A stretch of DNA of 64,000 nucleotides from the NCBI GenBank assembly GCA_965603825.1, contig CBFDEM010000027.1, positions 434,001-498,000 of the forward strand, read 5' to 3'. Of the stretch, positions 26,346 through 38,492 are shown piece after piece. The DNA is from Blepharisma stoltei ATCC 30299 (taxonomy: Eukaryota; Protista; Ciliophora). Each line of letters begins with the position of its first letter. Positions within the stretch are counted from its first letter, which is position 1. The position numbers and the translations under genes are program-made. The notes beneath the pieces were generated by a model. That model was not told the origin of the DNA and did not search any database. It saw only the letters and a program-made list of their open reading frames with translations.

Positions 26346-27071
26346 ATGTTATCTCAAACTCCACAGCCACGTCGAAGAATAGGCTACTCAAACAAAATTG
26401 ATCTTAACAGTCCTAGAGCTCTTTCTCCAGCAAGCCCCACTTTTCGGTCACGTTCTCCAAACACCCTTCGTGTAGAAGATATAGTCCCAACTTTTTCTGG
26501 CTCTCCAGTCATGCCAACCAAAAAAGGGAAAACAGCTGATCTTCCCTTTGAAATAAGAGGGAGCGATTTCGCGAATATCAGCACAATGCGCAGCTCTGCA
26601 GGTTCTCCATTAATAGGCAGAGCTTCTGCAGACACTACAGCTTCAAATTCTGTAAACGTCAGCTTTTCTAAGTTTGGCTCCAAGATCCAAAAAAAGCTGC
26701 TAGAGCTTAGAGAGGAATTTGAAGGGTTAACGTCACAAGAACCTAAGGAGTCTAAACTGGAGGTCAGAATCCCAGCAGCATTTAAATTAGATGATTCGAA
26801 AGGAGTCAAAATGGCCATACCTATTGAAGAAAGTTCTAAAGACCCATATGAATTAAACCTTACATCAAGCATCCCACAGTTAAGATATTGTGCGTTTTGC
26901 AGAGCAGAGGTTGTGAGTGAAATCGAGTATGTGAATGACTCGAAAACTTTCTGGTCTGCCATTGGGATATTTGCACTTGGAGGAGTATTCGGGTGTTTTA
27001 TGATTCCTTATATGATGAACTCTTGTAAAGGGAGGAAACTCAGATGCAGAAAATGTAAAAGGTATTTTTAG
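26346..27071 (+). CDS. LITAF-like zinc-ribbon domain protein
   Basis: C-terminal CAFC...hydrophobic stretch with GCFMIPY...CRKC; S/P-rich N-terminus. Confidence 0.85.
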   Translation: MLSQTPQPRRRIGYSNKIDLNSPRALSPASPTFRSRSPNTLRVEDIVPTFSGSPVMPTKKGKTADLPFEIRGSDFANISTMRSSAGSPLIGRASADTTASNSVNVSFSKFGSKIQKKLLELREEFEGLTSQEPKESKLEVRIPAAFKLDDSKGVKMAIPIEESSKDPYELNLTSSIPQLRYCAFCRAEVVSEIEYVNDSKTFWSAIGIFALGGVFGCFMIPYMMNSCKGRKLRCRKCKRYF

Positions 27072-27209
27072 AGTAATTAATTCAATTAATTAAATTATTT
27101 TTAAATGTTTTTGTTGATTTCTTGAATACCTTATTTGAAAACTAATATCATAATTATTTGTTTTTAAGAATATAAAATAATTTAAATGCTCGAATAATAA
27201 TTTAAAGAT

Positions 27210-28376
27210 ATGAAGATCAGCATAAGAAAAGCTTTTGGAAACGTTTTTGTGCTGGTGGTTTTCTTTTTGATGATGACTATTTACTATACATTTGTTTTTG
27301 TCTATTGCCTTCCCAACATCAAAGGTAAATTCCATGCAGAAAAGAAATTATCACCAATAATCCTTTATTTGTTCCATTTAGTGGTGTTTATGCTTTTTTG
27401 GAGTTTTATTCAAGCAGCCTCTTCTGATCCAGGGAAGGTTCCACCATACTGGGTATCAAATATTTAGGGTTTCTATATGGGAGATGCTGAATATAAAAGG
27501 AAGAGATATTGCTTAATGTGCCATGTTTTTAAACCTGAAAGATGTCATCATTGCTCAGTCTGTGGGATCTGCATCCTTAATATGGACCACCATTGCCGTA
27601 TTTTATAAACAGCTTGAATTAACAACTGCATAGGATTCAACAACCGAAAAATTTTTATGCTGATGCTTTTTTATTCGCTTGTAACATCATATTATGTTCT
27701 TTTATCTTTGGTTTCACAAATTTATGACTCTCTGCTATATTTACTTGATGACAGTGTAAGGGTTTCTCTATACCCTCACTTATTGTACATCGCTATTTTC
27801 TTATTACTTTCTGCACTTGCATTTATTTTAACAAAATTCACGAAATTTCATGTGGATTTAGTGCTTAATAACTCAACTACAATTGAATGCTTGGAAAAAT
27901 CAACTGTAAACTATAGTATAAGCCCTCTAAGAAATTGGCAACAGGTTTTTGGTAAAAATCCGTGGCTCTGGCCATTCCCGATATATAGACAGTCAGGAAG
28001 GCCAATAGGAGATGGGGTGTTTTGGCCTCAAACGCAACTAACTGAAAACAATCAGCATGATATCAATGTAGAGTCAGAAGTAAACCGTGAAGGAACACAT
28101 GCGAACCCACCAATCGTGCCGTCTTTAAGCGCATCTGCATCAAAAAAGCCTTTAGATGTGTCTTCGTCTTCCCAAGATGCTTCATTTGATGCGCTAAATG
28201 AAAAAAATTCAGTCCTCTACTTAAGGCCTGATAGGGCAAGCACTCCTTACGCTTCAGAAATTGACACAGAAACAACGATGATGAGAGCAAGGGAAGAGTC
28301 TTCCTTGAACATTTCAGCCGAGCCGATTTTGAAATCTTCTGTTTTAGAAATAAACCTAAGAGAGCAAAATGAATAG
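27210..28376 (+). CDS. DHHC palmitoyltransferase (at least 2 introns)
   Basis: [39 protein letters not shown]-[TGA][11 protein letters not shown] after removing two 15-nt introns; NSTTIE motif; NWQQVFG. Confidence 0.95.
27453..27467 (+). other. 15-nt spliceosomal intron (GTATCAAATATTTAG)
   Basis: Removal joins PPYW-GFYMGD; the intron ends in an in-frame TAG. Confidence 0.9.
27598..27612 (+). other. 15-nt spliceosomal intron (GTATTTTATAAACAG)
   Basis: Removal restores DHHC-P-W-INNC exactly. Confidence 0.93.
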
Positions 28377-28488
28377 GATACTCTAAGAAAGTTTTAAATT
28401 ACTATATTTCCTTCATAAAATAAGAATGTGGTTTTTTCGCTCCAGTTTAAATGATTCATCAAGTATGGCTATATAAATTTTCTGAAAA

Positions 28489-29538
28489 ATGCTGCTTCCG
28501 TCTGTTAGAAACCCAAACAATACAATCGTATTGGCACCAAAGTTCAATTTTGAAAATCTTACCCCGAAGCCTCCTTCAAGGGAGCTCCCAAGAATTTACA
28601 AGTCTTTTGAAAGAAAACGCAATCGATATTCAAATGGCCGAGATAGCAGTTTTTCAAACGGTATAAGAAGTGATCATAGTCCCACTATGTTGCGTACACC
28701 TTTGTCTGTTAAAAATCATTCAAAAAAGTTCATTGAGCTTGCTAATCTGAAAGAGCGACTCAAGAGAAGAATTGAAACAAGGGAAAGAAAAACTGAACTC
28801 TCGGCTAAACTAGGAAAGCAATATGGCATAGTTTTTGATAAATTATCATTATTAAAATATACAGAAGAAGAAATGATTGAAAAAGCAGTAAAGTATCATA
28901 AAAAAGTTACATGTGAAAATGCTTCGAAATTAATTCAACATACATGGAGAAAATATAGAGTAAAGCAAAATATTGCTTTCGAAAAACTAAAAGTAAGGGT
29001 CGCTGCTAGAAAAATCCAGAGTTGCTGAATAAAGTATCTTACACAAGTTTTAATACCAAAAAAACAAAAAATGATATATAATAAAGCTGCTGTTACAATA
29101 CAAAAAAATTATCGAGGATATTCTGTGAGAAGGAAATATAAACTGATTTTTCAAGGGCTAAAGCTCAAACGGGCTTTAAAGTATTTTGAAGATCTCCAGA
29201 GAAAAATGAATCAAGAAAGTGCAAAAATAATACTAAAAAATTGGAAATCATATAAGCTTAGAAAGGCTATAAAGAAAAAGATTGATGACAAAGCCGCTAA
29301 AAAGAGAGCTGAAAAATTGGAATCTTTGAGAGTTAATTTACCGCTTCCAGCACGAAAAAATTCTGATAATTTTAGAGAAATGCTGAAAAACAATCAAGAT
29401 TTCGACCCAGATGCTCCACCTGAAAGAATTAGAAGCAGAACAAGGGTTGATCATTCATTCCAGGACCGAAGGCATTTCTTTAACACACAAACTAGATCAT
29501 TCATCGTTTCAGTGCAAGACACAATAGCTGAAGTTTAA
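28489..29538 (+). CDS. IQ-motif (calmodulin-binding) protein
   Basis: ORFs joined through TGA 29026-29028. IQ motifs: IQHTWRKY, IQSC[W]IKY, IQKNYRGYSVRR, ILKNWKSY. Confidence 0.85.
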
Positions 29539-29980
29539 ATAAAACAAATGCCAACTAAATATGATATGTTAAAGTATTTAATTTAAGTATAAATGTTGCA
29601 AATAATTTACAGTTGAAAAGAAATTGTTTATTTCTTGGAATAATTTTACTGCTTTCGATTATAAATTATATTGCTAAGCCCTGAATGAAATATAAAGCGG
29701 TTTTTATAGGGGTTTTTTGCTTAAAAGTCTTGTATTTTAGTAAATAAATTTCTTTAAAATTAAAAATAAAAAAACTTCCTTTTCTATTATACTGAATACT
29801 TAAAATCTGTCGGCAATAATTATTTATTTTGTATTTCTATTATCTCCATTATATTTTGTAAACTCCATTTTTTACAGTTTAAAATACTGCATCTTTTCTA
29901 CTGCACTGTCGAGTATTTATAAACGCTTTGTCTCTTTCGATATTAAAAGCAGATAGACACTGTTCGATTAAAAATAAATA

Positions 29981-32512
29981 ATGGCTGGCTTTAGAGCACA
30001 ATTTGAGAATGAGCTTCGGCAAAGACTAAGTCAAAAGTCGACAGCCCACGTATCGGAAGAAACAATCCTTCTCAGAGCTTTCAAGTACTTTGACTTAGAC
30101 AACACTGAAACAGTTGACTTCCCTGAGTTCTGCAAGGCCTTAGAGAAGGTGGGAATGGTCGTTAATCCTGAGCAGGTCCAACAGCTCTTCAACGTCTATG
30201 ACACTGACGGCTCAGGCTCCCTCGACTACAAAGAATTCACTTCAGTAGTCTTTGACCAAGACACTTCTGCCAAGAAATCCCCTTCAAAAGGAATTTCTTC
30301 AAGCCAAGTAAGAGAAGGAGAAGAAGCCCTTGAAAAACTCCGCCAAAAATTAGCCTCCAGAGGCGGAAGAGGGATTATTGGGCTAGCCAGACAATTCAAG
30401 ATTATTGATGATGATAACTCAAAGTCCTTGGACCTCCAAGAATTCACAAAAGCTATGAGGGACTTTAGAGTCGAAATTTCACAAGGTGATATTCAGGCAC
30501 TTTTTAACCTTGTCGATAGAGATAGATCTGGACAAATTGATTATGACGAGTTCTTAAGGGCACTTGCTGGGCCTATGAACTCCTTTAGAAAAGCCTTAGT
30601 CAATCAGGCGTTTAATAAGCTTGACAGAGACAATTCAGGGATTTTGGATATTGAGGATATCAGAAACGTGTATAATGCTAAAGGCCACCCTGATGTGAGA
30701 AGCGGAAGGAAGACTGAGGAGGCTGTATTAGGAGAGTTCTTGGAAACCTTTGAAATGCATCATAACATTGGTGGTGCGAGAGATCAAAGAGTTACAAGAG
30801 AAGAGTTCGAAGAGTATTATAACAACATTTCTTGCAGCATTGACAATGATCAATATTTCGAACTTATGATGAACAACACCTGGAAACTCAGCGAAGCTCC
30901 AGCTTACACTAAAAACAAAGCTTGGAAAGGTGAAGAATCTGGCGCTGGAAGAAGACCAGCTTCTAAAGGAGGACGTGAGACAGAAAAAGCTCCAGAGCGT
31001 GCCCCTGAAAGAGATACAAAAGGCGCCACCCCTGCTCTAACCAGGACTGGTGAAGCTTTATGTGAAAAATTCAGAGAAAGACTTGCAGCCCGAGGGACCA
31101 GAGGAATAATTGGAATTCAACGCCAGTTCAAGATCATGGACGACGATGGCTCCAAAAATATTTCAGTTGACGAATTCAAGAAAGCTTGTCACGATTTTAG
31201 AGTCGATATTGAAGACCGAGACATTGAAAGACTCTTCCAAGCTTTGGATAGAGACAGAAGTGGAACTATTGACTATGATGAACTAATAAGAGCAGTCAGA
31301 GGGCCTATGAATAATGCTCGCAAAGCTTTAGTCAAGCAAGCTTGGGATAAACTTGATAGAGATGGAAGTGGAATCATTGATATCAACGATGTCAGAGGCG
31401 TTTATGACGCTAGAGGACACCCTGATGTAAAATCTGGCAAGAAGACTGAAGACGAAATCCTTGGAGAATTCTTGGAAACTTTTGAAACCCACCACAACAT
31501 CAGTGATCTTTCTCAGAGAGACAGAAGAGTCTCAAAAGAAGAGTTTGAAGAGTACTATAACAATGTTTCAGCAAGCATTGATGACGATAGATACTTTGAG
31601 CTTATGATGACTAATGCTTGGAAATTAGGACAGCAAGCACCTAAAAGAGAAGCATGGGCTGGAGAAGTTGGAGGGAGATCTGCTAGAAATCAGCCACCAT
31701 CAAGAGGAGGGCAAGTTCCATATGCAGGCTCTGTCAACAAAAGAGACGCAGCTGCCAAAACTCCTTGGGGAACTTCAAGTGACCCAGTCGATTACAGCAC
31801 AAGCAATAGGCCTGCAAGCAGACAAGCTGAGCCAGCTTCATCCACAAGACCAACTGCTGGAGGTCCAGTCGAAGGACTTTTAACTGCTCTGAAAGAAAGA
31901 CTTGCCTCAAGAGGTGCAAGAGGTTTCATTGGACTTTCAAGAAGCTTCAAAATCATGGATGACGATGGGTCAAAGAGCTTAGATGCCCAGGAATTCGCAA
32001 AAGCTATGAGAGACTTTAGAGTTGACATCAATGAGTCTGATACCAGAAGACTGTTCAACTATATGGATGCTGATCATAGTGGAACAATTGACTATGAAGA
32101 GTTCATGCATAGACTGAGAGGAGAACTGAACCCATTCAGAAGGAATCTTATATCTATGGCTTTCAGTAAGCTTGATAAGAACGGAAATGGGATTGTTGAA
32201 ATTGATGATATTAAAGGAGTCTACAATGCTACCAGACACCCAGACGTTATTTCAGGCAAGAAAACCGAAGACGATATTCTTTGTGAATTCTTAGATACCT
32301 TTGAAACCCATCATGCAGTCTATAAAGAAAACACCAGAGACTTCAGAGTGACAATGGACGAGTTTCTAGAATATTACTCCCATGTTTCTGCTTCCATTGA
32401 TGATGATAGATATTTCGAACTTATGATGAAGAATAGCTGGAATTTCGAAGGAAAAACCTACCAGAAGGGCTGGGGATCTGATATGACCTCTCCTGCCAAG
32501 AGAGTCAGATAA
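29981..32512 (+). CDS. Multi-EF-hand protein: N-terminal EF-hand pair plus three tandem calcyphosin-like modules
   Basis: Three copies of L..RG.RG.IG..R.FKI.DDD.SK...HPDV.SG.KTE...EFL.TFE...S.SID.D.YFELMM.N.W. Confidence 0.92.
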   Translation: MAGFRAQFENELRQRLSQKSTAHVSEETILLRAFKYFDLDNTETVDFPEFCKALEKVGMVVNPEQVQQLFNVYDTDGSGSLDYKEFTSVVFDQDTSAKKSPSKGISSSQVREGEEALEKLRQKLASRGGRGIIGLARQFKIIDDDNSKSLDLQEFTKAMRDFRVEISQGDIQALFNLVDRDRSGQIDYDEFLRALAGPMNSFRKALVNQAFNKLDRDNSGILDIEDIRNVYNAKGHPDVRSGRKTEEAVLGEFLETFEMHHNIGGARDQRVTREEFEEYYNNISCSIDNDQYFELMMNNTWKLSEAPAYTKNKAWKGEESGAGRRPASKGGRETEKAPERAPERDTKGATPALTRTGEALCEKFRERLAARGTRGIIGIQRQFKIMDDDGSKNISVDEFKKACHDFRVDIEDRDIERLFQALDRDRSGTIDYDELIRAVRGPMNNARKALVKQAWDKLDRDGSGIIDINDVRGVYDARGHPDVKSGKKTEDEILGEFLETFETHHNISDLSQRDRRVSKEEFEEYYNNVSASIDDDRYFELMMTNAWKLGQQAPKREAWAGEVGGRSARNQPPSRGGQVPYAGSVNKRDAAAKTPWGTSSDPVDYSTSNRPASRQAEPASSTRPTAGGPVEGLLTALKERLASRGARGFIGLSRSFKIMDDDGSKSLDAQEFAKAMRDFRVDINESDTRRLFNYMDADHSGTIDYEEFMHRLRGELNPFRRNLISMAFSKLDKNGNGIVEIDDIKGVYNATRHPDVISGKKTEDDILCEFLDTFETHHAVYKENTRDFRVTMDEFLEYYSHVSASIDDDRYFELMMKNSWNFEGKTYQKGWGSDMTSPAKRVR

Positions 32513-32547
32513 CTAATTTAACTTCTTCTTAATAATTTTTCATATAA

Positions 32548-35430
32548 ATGTCAATACAAGATTTTGACTTGTTAAACAAGCTGGGAGATGGAGCTTTTTC
32601 CAGTGTTTACAAGGTAGGGAGAAAATCTGATGGGCAGATTTACGCTTTAAAGAAAGTCAAGATGGGTGTTCTTAAACAAAAGGAAAAAGAAAACGCATTG
32701 AATGAAGTAAGAATTATGGCTTCCTACCATCATCCAAATATAATAGCCTTTAAAGAAGCTTTTCTCGACGAAGGCAGCAACTCTTTATGCATTGTAATGG
32801 AACTAGCTGAAGGTGGTGACTTATTAAAAAAAATTGAGACCCACAAACTGAACCGAACTCGATTTCCTGAATCTGAAATATGGGAAGCTCTCATCCAAAT
32901 TACAAGAGGCTTAAAAGCTCTTCATGAGAGAAATATTCTCCACCGAGACTTAAAATGCGCAAATGTATTCATAGGGAGTGACGGAGTTTTCAAGCTAGGA
33001 GATCTCAATGTTTCAAAGGTAAACAAGCGTGGAATGGCAGTCACACAGACAGGGACACCTTACTATGCAAGTCCTGAGGTGTGAAAAGACATGCCTTACA
33101 ACTCAAGCTCTGATATATGATCGTTAGGATGTGTTATATACGAAATGGCTGCTTTAAATCCTCCATTTACTGGTGTCGACATGCAAAGCTTATATAGCAA
33201 AATCATCAAAGGAACTTATCCAAATATCCCAGGAATTTATTCGCAAGACCTGTCTAGCGTTATCAGATCTATGCTCCAGGTAAACCCAAATGCAAGGCCA
33301 ACGTGCCAGAAATTATTGGAGCTGCCTAGTGTTCAAAGATATGCAGCAAAGCTGGGAAATGGAGGAGAAGAAATCAATAGCAACTTGCTAGGGACCATTA
33401 AATTTGAAGGATTTCATGCGCTAAAAAATAAACTTCCTGAATCAAATTATGGAGACTCTGAGAGAGTTGCGAGTGCGAGACCAGCGAAAAGAGAGGATCT
33501 TGATATTGTGAAAGAAAGGGTGATTTCTACAGCGAAAGGAGCCAGACCTCCAGTTTCACATATGAAGCCAATGATAAATGACTTAAGAGCTCCTGTGCCA
33601 ATTATTGAAGAATATATACCCAAATCAACACCTGCCAAACATGAAAATAGCAGAATTAGACCTTTGCTTGACCAAGCGAAAGCTGGGAATAATATTTCAA
33701 AAGCTGCTGTAAAACCTAAGGGAAATGAAGAAGGAAGAAATTTAATTCGTCAGCATAAGCCTGAAACAAATCAAATATCTGAAATCCAAAAGCTGCAAGA
33801 TATGCTAAATAATCCACAAAAATACGAAATAAACAATCTTTATAGCGATAAAGCTCCAAATAGCAATCGTGCTCCTTTAAAAGCTCAAGCAAAAGATATA
33901 TTGTCCCCAAAAGCATCATCAAGGCCTCTTTCAAGAGAAAACAGCAATAAACTGGACTACAAATATCCTTCACAACACGATTTATATAAAGCACCTAATA
34001 AAGAAGAAAAGAAAATCGTAAATGATCCGGTCCAACAATATAAAGCGTTAATAAAAGAAGAACGAAAAATAATAGATTCAGCGAAGCAGCACTTAATCCC
34101 AGTTCGTGAAGATAAAAAAGTAAATGATTTATATAAGCCGAGCCCAAGAGAAGAAAAAAAGGATCCATTGCAACAGTATAGGCCTAGTTCGAGAGAAAAA
34201 ATTCCAAGCGCATCACAAATTGGAGAGGATAAAAAAATCACTGATTTGTATAAGCCGAGTCCAAGAGTCGAAGAAAAAAAAGATTTATATCAGCAATATA
34301 GGCTAAGCTCAAAAGAAAAGATTCCAGGGCCTGATTCTTATCAGCAATACAGGCCGAGCTCGAAGGAAAAACTGTCAGGTGTTGATTCATATCAGCAATA
34401 TAGGCCAAGCTCAAGAGAAAAATTACCAGCAGCTGATGCATATCAACAGTATAGGCCAAGTTCACGAGAAAAGCCATCAGGTGTCGACTCATATCAGCAA
34501 TATAGGCCAAACTCCAGAGAAAAACAGTCAGGTATTGATTCATATCAACAATATAGACCAAGCTCTAGAGAAAAATTACCAGCTGCTGATTCATATCAGC
34601 AATACAAAGCCAAAGAAAACGGCGCCATGAATATAGATTCACAATATCAAATCCCCCCAACCAATCTTAACTCTTATGATCAATATAAACCTCAGCCACA
34701 AAAGGAATATCGGCCAGAACTCTACCAAAAATACATTACTCCAACACAAGAAAGAAGAGCTTTAGACCAAAACATTGCCAAACTCCAGTTAAAAGAAGAA
34801 AAAAAAGCTATTGACAATTTTCAGCAGCAGTATAAATCTCCCTACAGTCAAGATCGGAAAACTCCTAATGAAGCAAAAAGAGATTCAATAAATTACTACG
34901 AAAAAAAAAGTGACTCCCAGCCTTACAAATCTCCTATTATTGACACAAAAGATCAATATCGGCCATCATCAAGAGAAGACAAAAAAGGGATTTTAGATGG
35001 GTATAACAATTATAAAATAAGAGAAGAAAGCCAAAGGAATATAGATTCATACCAAAATTACAGAGTTCCTTCAAGAGAAGCTAAGGACCCACGGAGCCTT
35101 ATAAAAGATGATAAAATCCCTATTTCAGAAATGTACCCATCTTCTAGGGGTGAATCAAGAGATGACCCTAGGGTGAATCCTTTGTTGAGGAAGCCTTCTT
35201 ATCAGTCAAATAACCCAGTTGTCCCTCAAGTTGTGAGCAGAGAAGCTTCTGCCAGAAAAGTAGGATTAATGATTGCTTCACCAAGAGTCAAGCCTGACCC
35301 ATTGCCAAGCTACAGCAGCAATAACAATCAACTTAAAGCACAATATGATAGACTTCAAAACGGCTTGGCTCAACAAAGAAATATAGGGTCACAAAAACGA
35401 GTTGAGCCAAAGCCAATTTGGTGGAGCTAG
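32548..35430 (+). CDS. NIMA-related (NEK) Ser/Thr kinase with long repeat-containing tail
   Basis: LGDGAFSSV, ALKKV, HRDLKCAN, DLN, GTPYYASPEV[TGA]KD.PY...SDI[TGA]SLGC; in frame with ORF 33145..35430. Confidence 0.95.
34288..34605 (+). repeat. About six 51-bp tandem repeats encoding YQQYRPSSREK(L/I)xxxDS
   Basis: TATCA(G/A)CA(A/G)TA recurs at 34288, 34339, 34390, 34441, 34492, 34543 and 34594. Confidence 0.9.
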
Positions 35431-35448
35431 TGTAATTAATTACAATTA

Positions 35449-36861
35449 TTAATATTCTTCAGACTTGCAAAAACAGCACAAGTATTTTTTCCAAAAACTT
35501 TTAGGCTTGCCCTCAGTTTGTGTACATTTAGCTTCAAAAAGGCCTCTTTCCTCAGTTTCAGTTACCTGGCTTTTTAAGTAATCTTCTTTTTTCACACATA
35601 AAGCTTCCATTTCTTGAGATTCAGGGCTTAAATAAGAGCTTGCACTATGCGAATTTGCAGCATAGACTGATGAAAACTCTCCAGACCCTCCTGAGTTTTC
35701 GGGGATAAAAAAAGGTGTAAGTTTATTGACAATGTTTCGACTATTACTTGAGTCTAAAAACCCAGAGTCTGTTATGATGTATTTATTAACACCTTCTTCC
35801 TGGGATGAGCTGGAACCTATTATTGCTTTTATTTCGCTTTCAGCGTTTCATTCACTAGAAGACTCGTCTTTCTTTAATAAAAATCCTGATTTGATAGGAC
35901 TAAGATTTTGGTTGAAAAGTGAAGGATTATCAATAGTAAAGTCAGGGTTACTAAAGGAAAAAGCACTATTATCTTCAGACGATTTTGAATCTTTAATAGA
36001 AGATATCGATTCAATTTGCATTTTTTCTGGAGAATTGAGAAGGAGTTTGCTGCGAAAATTGTAAAAGTTTTTAGATGTAATAGTTTTCGGTGATATTTGT
36101 GGAGATAATAACGATTTTGATATATTTGGTGAAGAAATCTCGAAGGATTTTGGTATAAACCTTAAGTTTTCTTCTTCTATTTCTTTCTTCTTAAGCTCAT
36201 TAATAAAATGCCTTAGCTCTTTCTGTATACTTTCAATTTTCATATCTAGATTTGAGCCGTCAACTCCACTATTCCCTTTAATTACAGCTTGCAAATTTTC
36301 ACTTAAATATTTATTGTCTGGAATCATTGAATTCAAGTTCGGCTTAAAAAATTCTTGGGTTGTGTCTTCTCCTTCTGATTCAGAATTTGCATCCGTGGGG
36401 CGCGAGATTATTTGCCCCGTCGTTTCTTCTTCGTTAATTGATGAAAAGACTGCATTGAGTCGTGAGTTCGGTATCATATTCAGCTGCAATAAGAACTTTT
36501 TAGACAGAGAATCTACTATCTCAGTCAAGTATTTAATTTTTACATCATTTTCCTGCTTCAAAAACGCTTTGAATTGCTAATTAACACTTACAATTATTGA
36601 ACTATTCCTACACTTTATATCAGTGGCCCACTGTTTTCTTGACTCTTCTAAGAACTCTTTGTAATCATGGCTTTGTTTTTTTAGTTTTAAGCATTTCAAT
36701 ACAATTCTCGATTTCCTTTGATCATTTTCTTTCCTCAGCTCTAGTTCTTTTGTTTTATTTCTATTTTTGGCCTCTTGTATTTCTTTTTTTATTTCAGCAA
36801 TTTGTCGTTGTAAGCTGTCTTTGACTGAATTATCGATGTCTAAGTCACTGACATTGGCCAT
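35449..36861 (-). CDS. Hypothetical protein: N-terminal coiled coil, Ser-rich middle, C-terminal FWKKYLCCFC motif; 1 intron
   Basis: ORF 36577..36861, a 15-nt intron, ORF 35848..36561, then read-through of TGA to TAA at 35449-35451. Confidence 0.75.
36577..36591 (-). other. 15-nt spliceosomal intron (GTAAGTGTTAATTAG)
   Basis: GT-AG, A at position 10; joins SSII-QFKAFLKQEND. Confidence 0.85.
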
Positions 36862-36883
36862 TTTACTACTAAGACTCTATTAT

Positions 36884-38359
36884 TTAACTGTAAAGGTTAT
36901 GGAAATTATCATTGAAGGCTTTGAACCTGTTCAAAAGATCAATTAGCTTGTCTTCTTGAACTAGTGTGGTGATTCTAAAATGATATGTGTCAGGCCTTTG
37001 GCCAAACCCTGACCCTGGGACAAGGACTATTCCGGTTTCTTCTAAAGCTCGGAAAACATAGAATTTGTCGACTGGCATGTTTTTCTTCTTAGCCTCTCTT
37101 ATAGCTTTAGCGGAGAATTTTACTTCTGGGAAAGCGTACATGGCACCTTCCACAAAATTGCATTGAACGTTAACCATTTCGTTTAGAAGCTTATGGATCA
37201 GCTGGGATTTTCTTTTGAGAGCTCCCATAATGGCATTTTTTTCAGCTGTATAAGTGTCATACGATGGGCTTCCTGGCTGTGGAGGGTTTACCATAAGCTC
37301 CATTGCACATTGAGCGACACTGTTGCTGCAAAGACTAATTGATGCAAGTTTCAAAATTTGATCCTTTACCTGTGTTTCAAAGTTGTGGAGTTCCATATAC
37401 CCGCCTCTCAGTCCGCATTCTCCATGATACCCTTTGGATATAGAGTTCAGTGAAGCGATTTCGATGGGTGAATTCATTTCTTGTGAAACTTTTTTAAAGG
37501 AATGAAACTGTGTAGAATCTGTGTAAATATTATGCTGATAAACCTCGTCAGCAATCAGCATCAAATCGTGCTCATCACAAAACTCAATTACCTGTCTCAT
37601 GTTTTCTTTTCGTAAAACTTGTCCAGTTGGGTTTCCAGGATTTATAACAACAAGACATCGGGTTCTGATTCCTTTTAGTTTTGAAGCTTCTAGAGCTTTT
37701 TCCATTTCTTTTATTGAGACTTCCCAGTGTCCTTTGCTTGAGTTAATATAATATCCTACATCTGAGCCTCCTTGTAAAGCTATTAAAGCATTATAAAGTG
37801 GATACTGAGGAATTGGCACCAAAACACCGTCTTTTTCGCTTGAAATAATAATTTTGAATAGAAACTCAACAGCTCCACTCGCCCCACTCGTTAAATAGAT
37901 ATTATTTGGGTCAACTTCTCCCATCTCATCACGTTTTTCTATAAATTTTGCAATGCTATTTCTCACTACTGGGAGCCCTTGACTCATTGTGTAAGCTCCG
38001 ACACCTCCTGTTGTCCCATTCAATAGAATTTGAGCTCTTTCAATAACGTCTGATGCATAAATTTGGCTGATTCCTGGTAAAGTCAATAATTTTGGATTTA
38101 CAATCAGAGATAAAACCTCCCTGACAAATGTAAGTGGATTCTGACCGAGACTTTGAGGGTTTCCTATGTTGCACGGGATTATTTCTGTAAAGGGATATTT
38201 AACGCCGTCTTTTAATTTAGCTTCCATCTCCATTGATTTAAGCACAACATCGCCTCTGACTGCGTATTCAGCTCTAATGACTTTTGGTGATATGCTTTCG
38301 AGTCGTAGATTTTTTGGCTTGACTTTTGTGCTGAATTGACGGAGTATTCTCCTCCACAT
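36884..38359 (-). CDS. Alanine aminotransferase (PLP-dependent), probably mitochondrial
   Basis: EYAVRG, NIGNPQ, PIPQYPLY, INPGNPTGQ, ADEVYQ, SISKGYHGECGLRGG, VPGSGFGQ, HFRIT; MWRRILRQFST presequence-like start. Confidence 0.96.
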   Translation of the reverse strand: MWRRILRQFSTKVKPKNLRLESISPKVIRAEYAVRGDVVLKSMEMEAKLKDGVKYPFTEIIPCNIGNPQSLGQNPLTFVREVLSLIVNPKLLTLPGISQIYASDVIERAQILLNGTTGGVGAYTMSQGLPVVRNSIAKFIEKRDEMGEVDPNNIYLTSGASGAVEFLFKIIISSEKDGVLVPIPQYPLYNALIALQGGSDVGYYINSSKGHWEVSIKEMEKALEASKLKGIRTRCLVVINPGNPTGQVLRKENMRQVIEFCDEHDLMLIADEVYQHNIYTDSTQFHSFKKVSQEMNSPIEIASLNSISKGYHGECGLRGGYMELHNFETQVKDQILKLASISLCSNSVAQCAMELMVNPPQPGSPSYDTYTAEKNAIMGALKRKSQLIHKLLNEMVNVQCNFVEGAMYAFPEVKFSAKAIREAKKKNMPVDKFYVFRALEETGIVLVPGSGFGQRPDTYHFRITTLVQEDKLIDLLNRFKAFNDNFHNLYS

Positions 38360-38492
38360 GAATTTTTTAATATGGAATTAGAAAATGGTTAGTTGGTGAA
38401 AGATTTAATGGATTTTTTAGCAATAAAACGTAAAAATGACAAGAAAAATTTGAAAAATAATAAATTAATAAATTTGCTATATAGTTAGCTTT

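Noticed and set aside
34288-34605. Regularly spaced repeats resembling a CRISPR array
   Set aside because: These are in-frame 51-bp coding repeats with no unique spacers and no cas genes, in a eukaryotic context.
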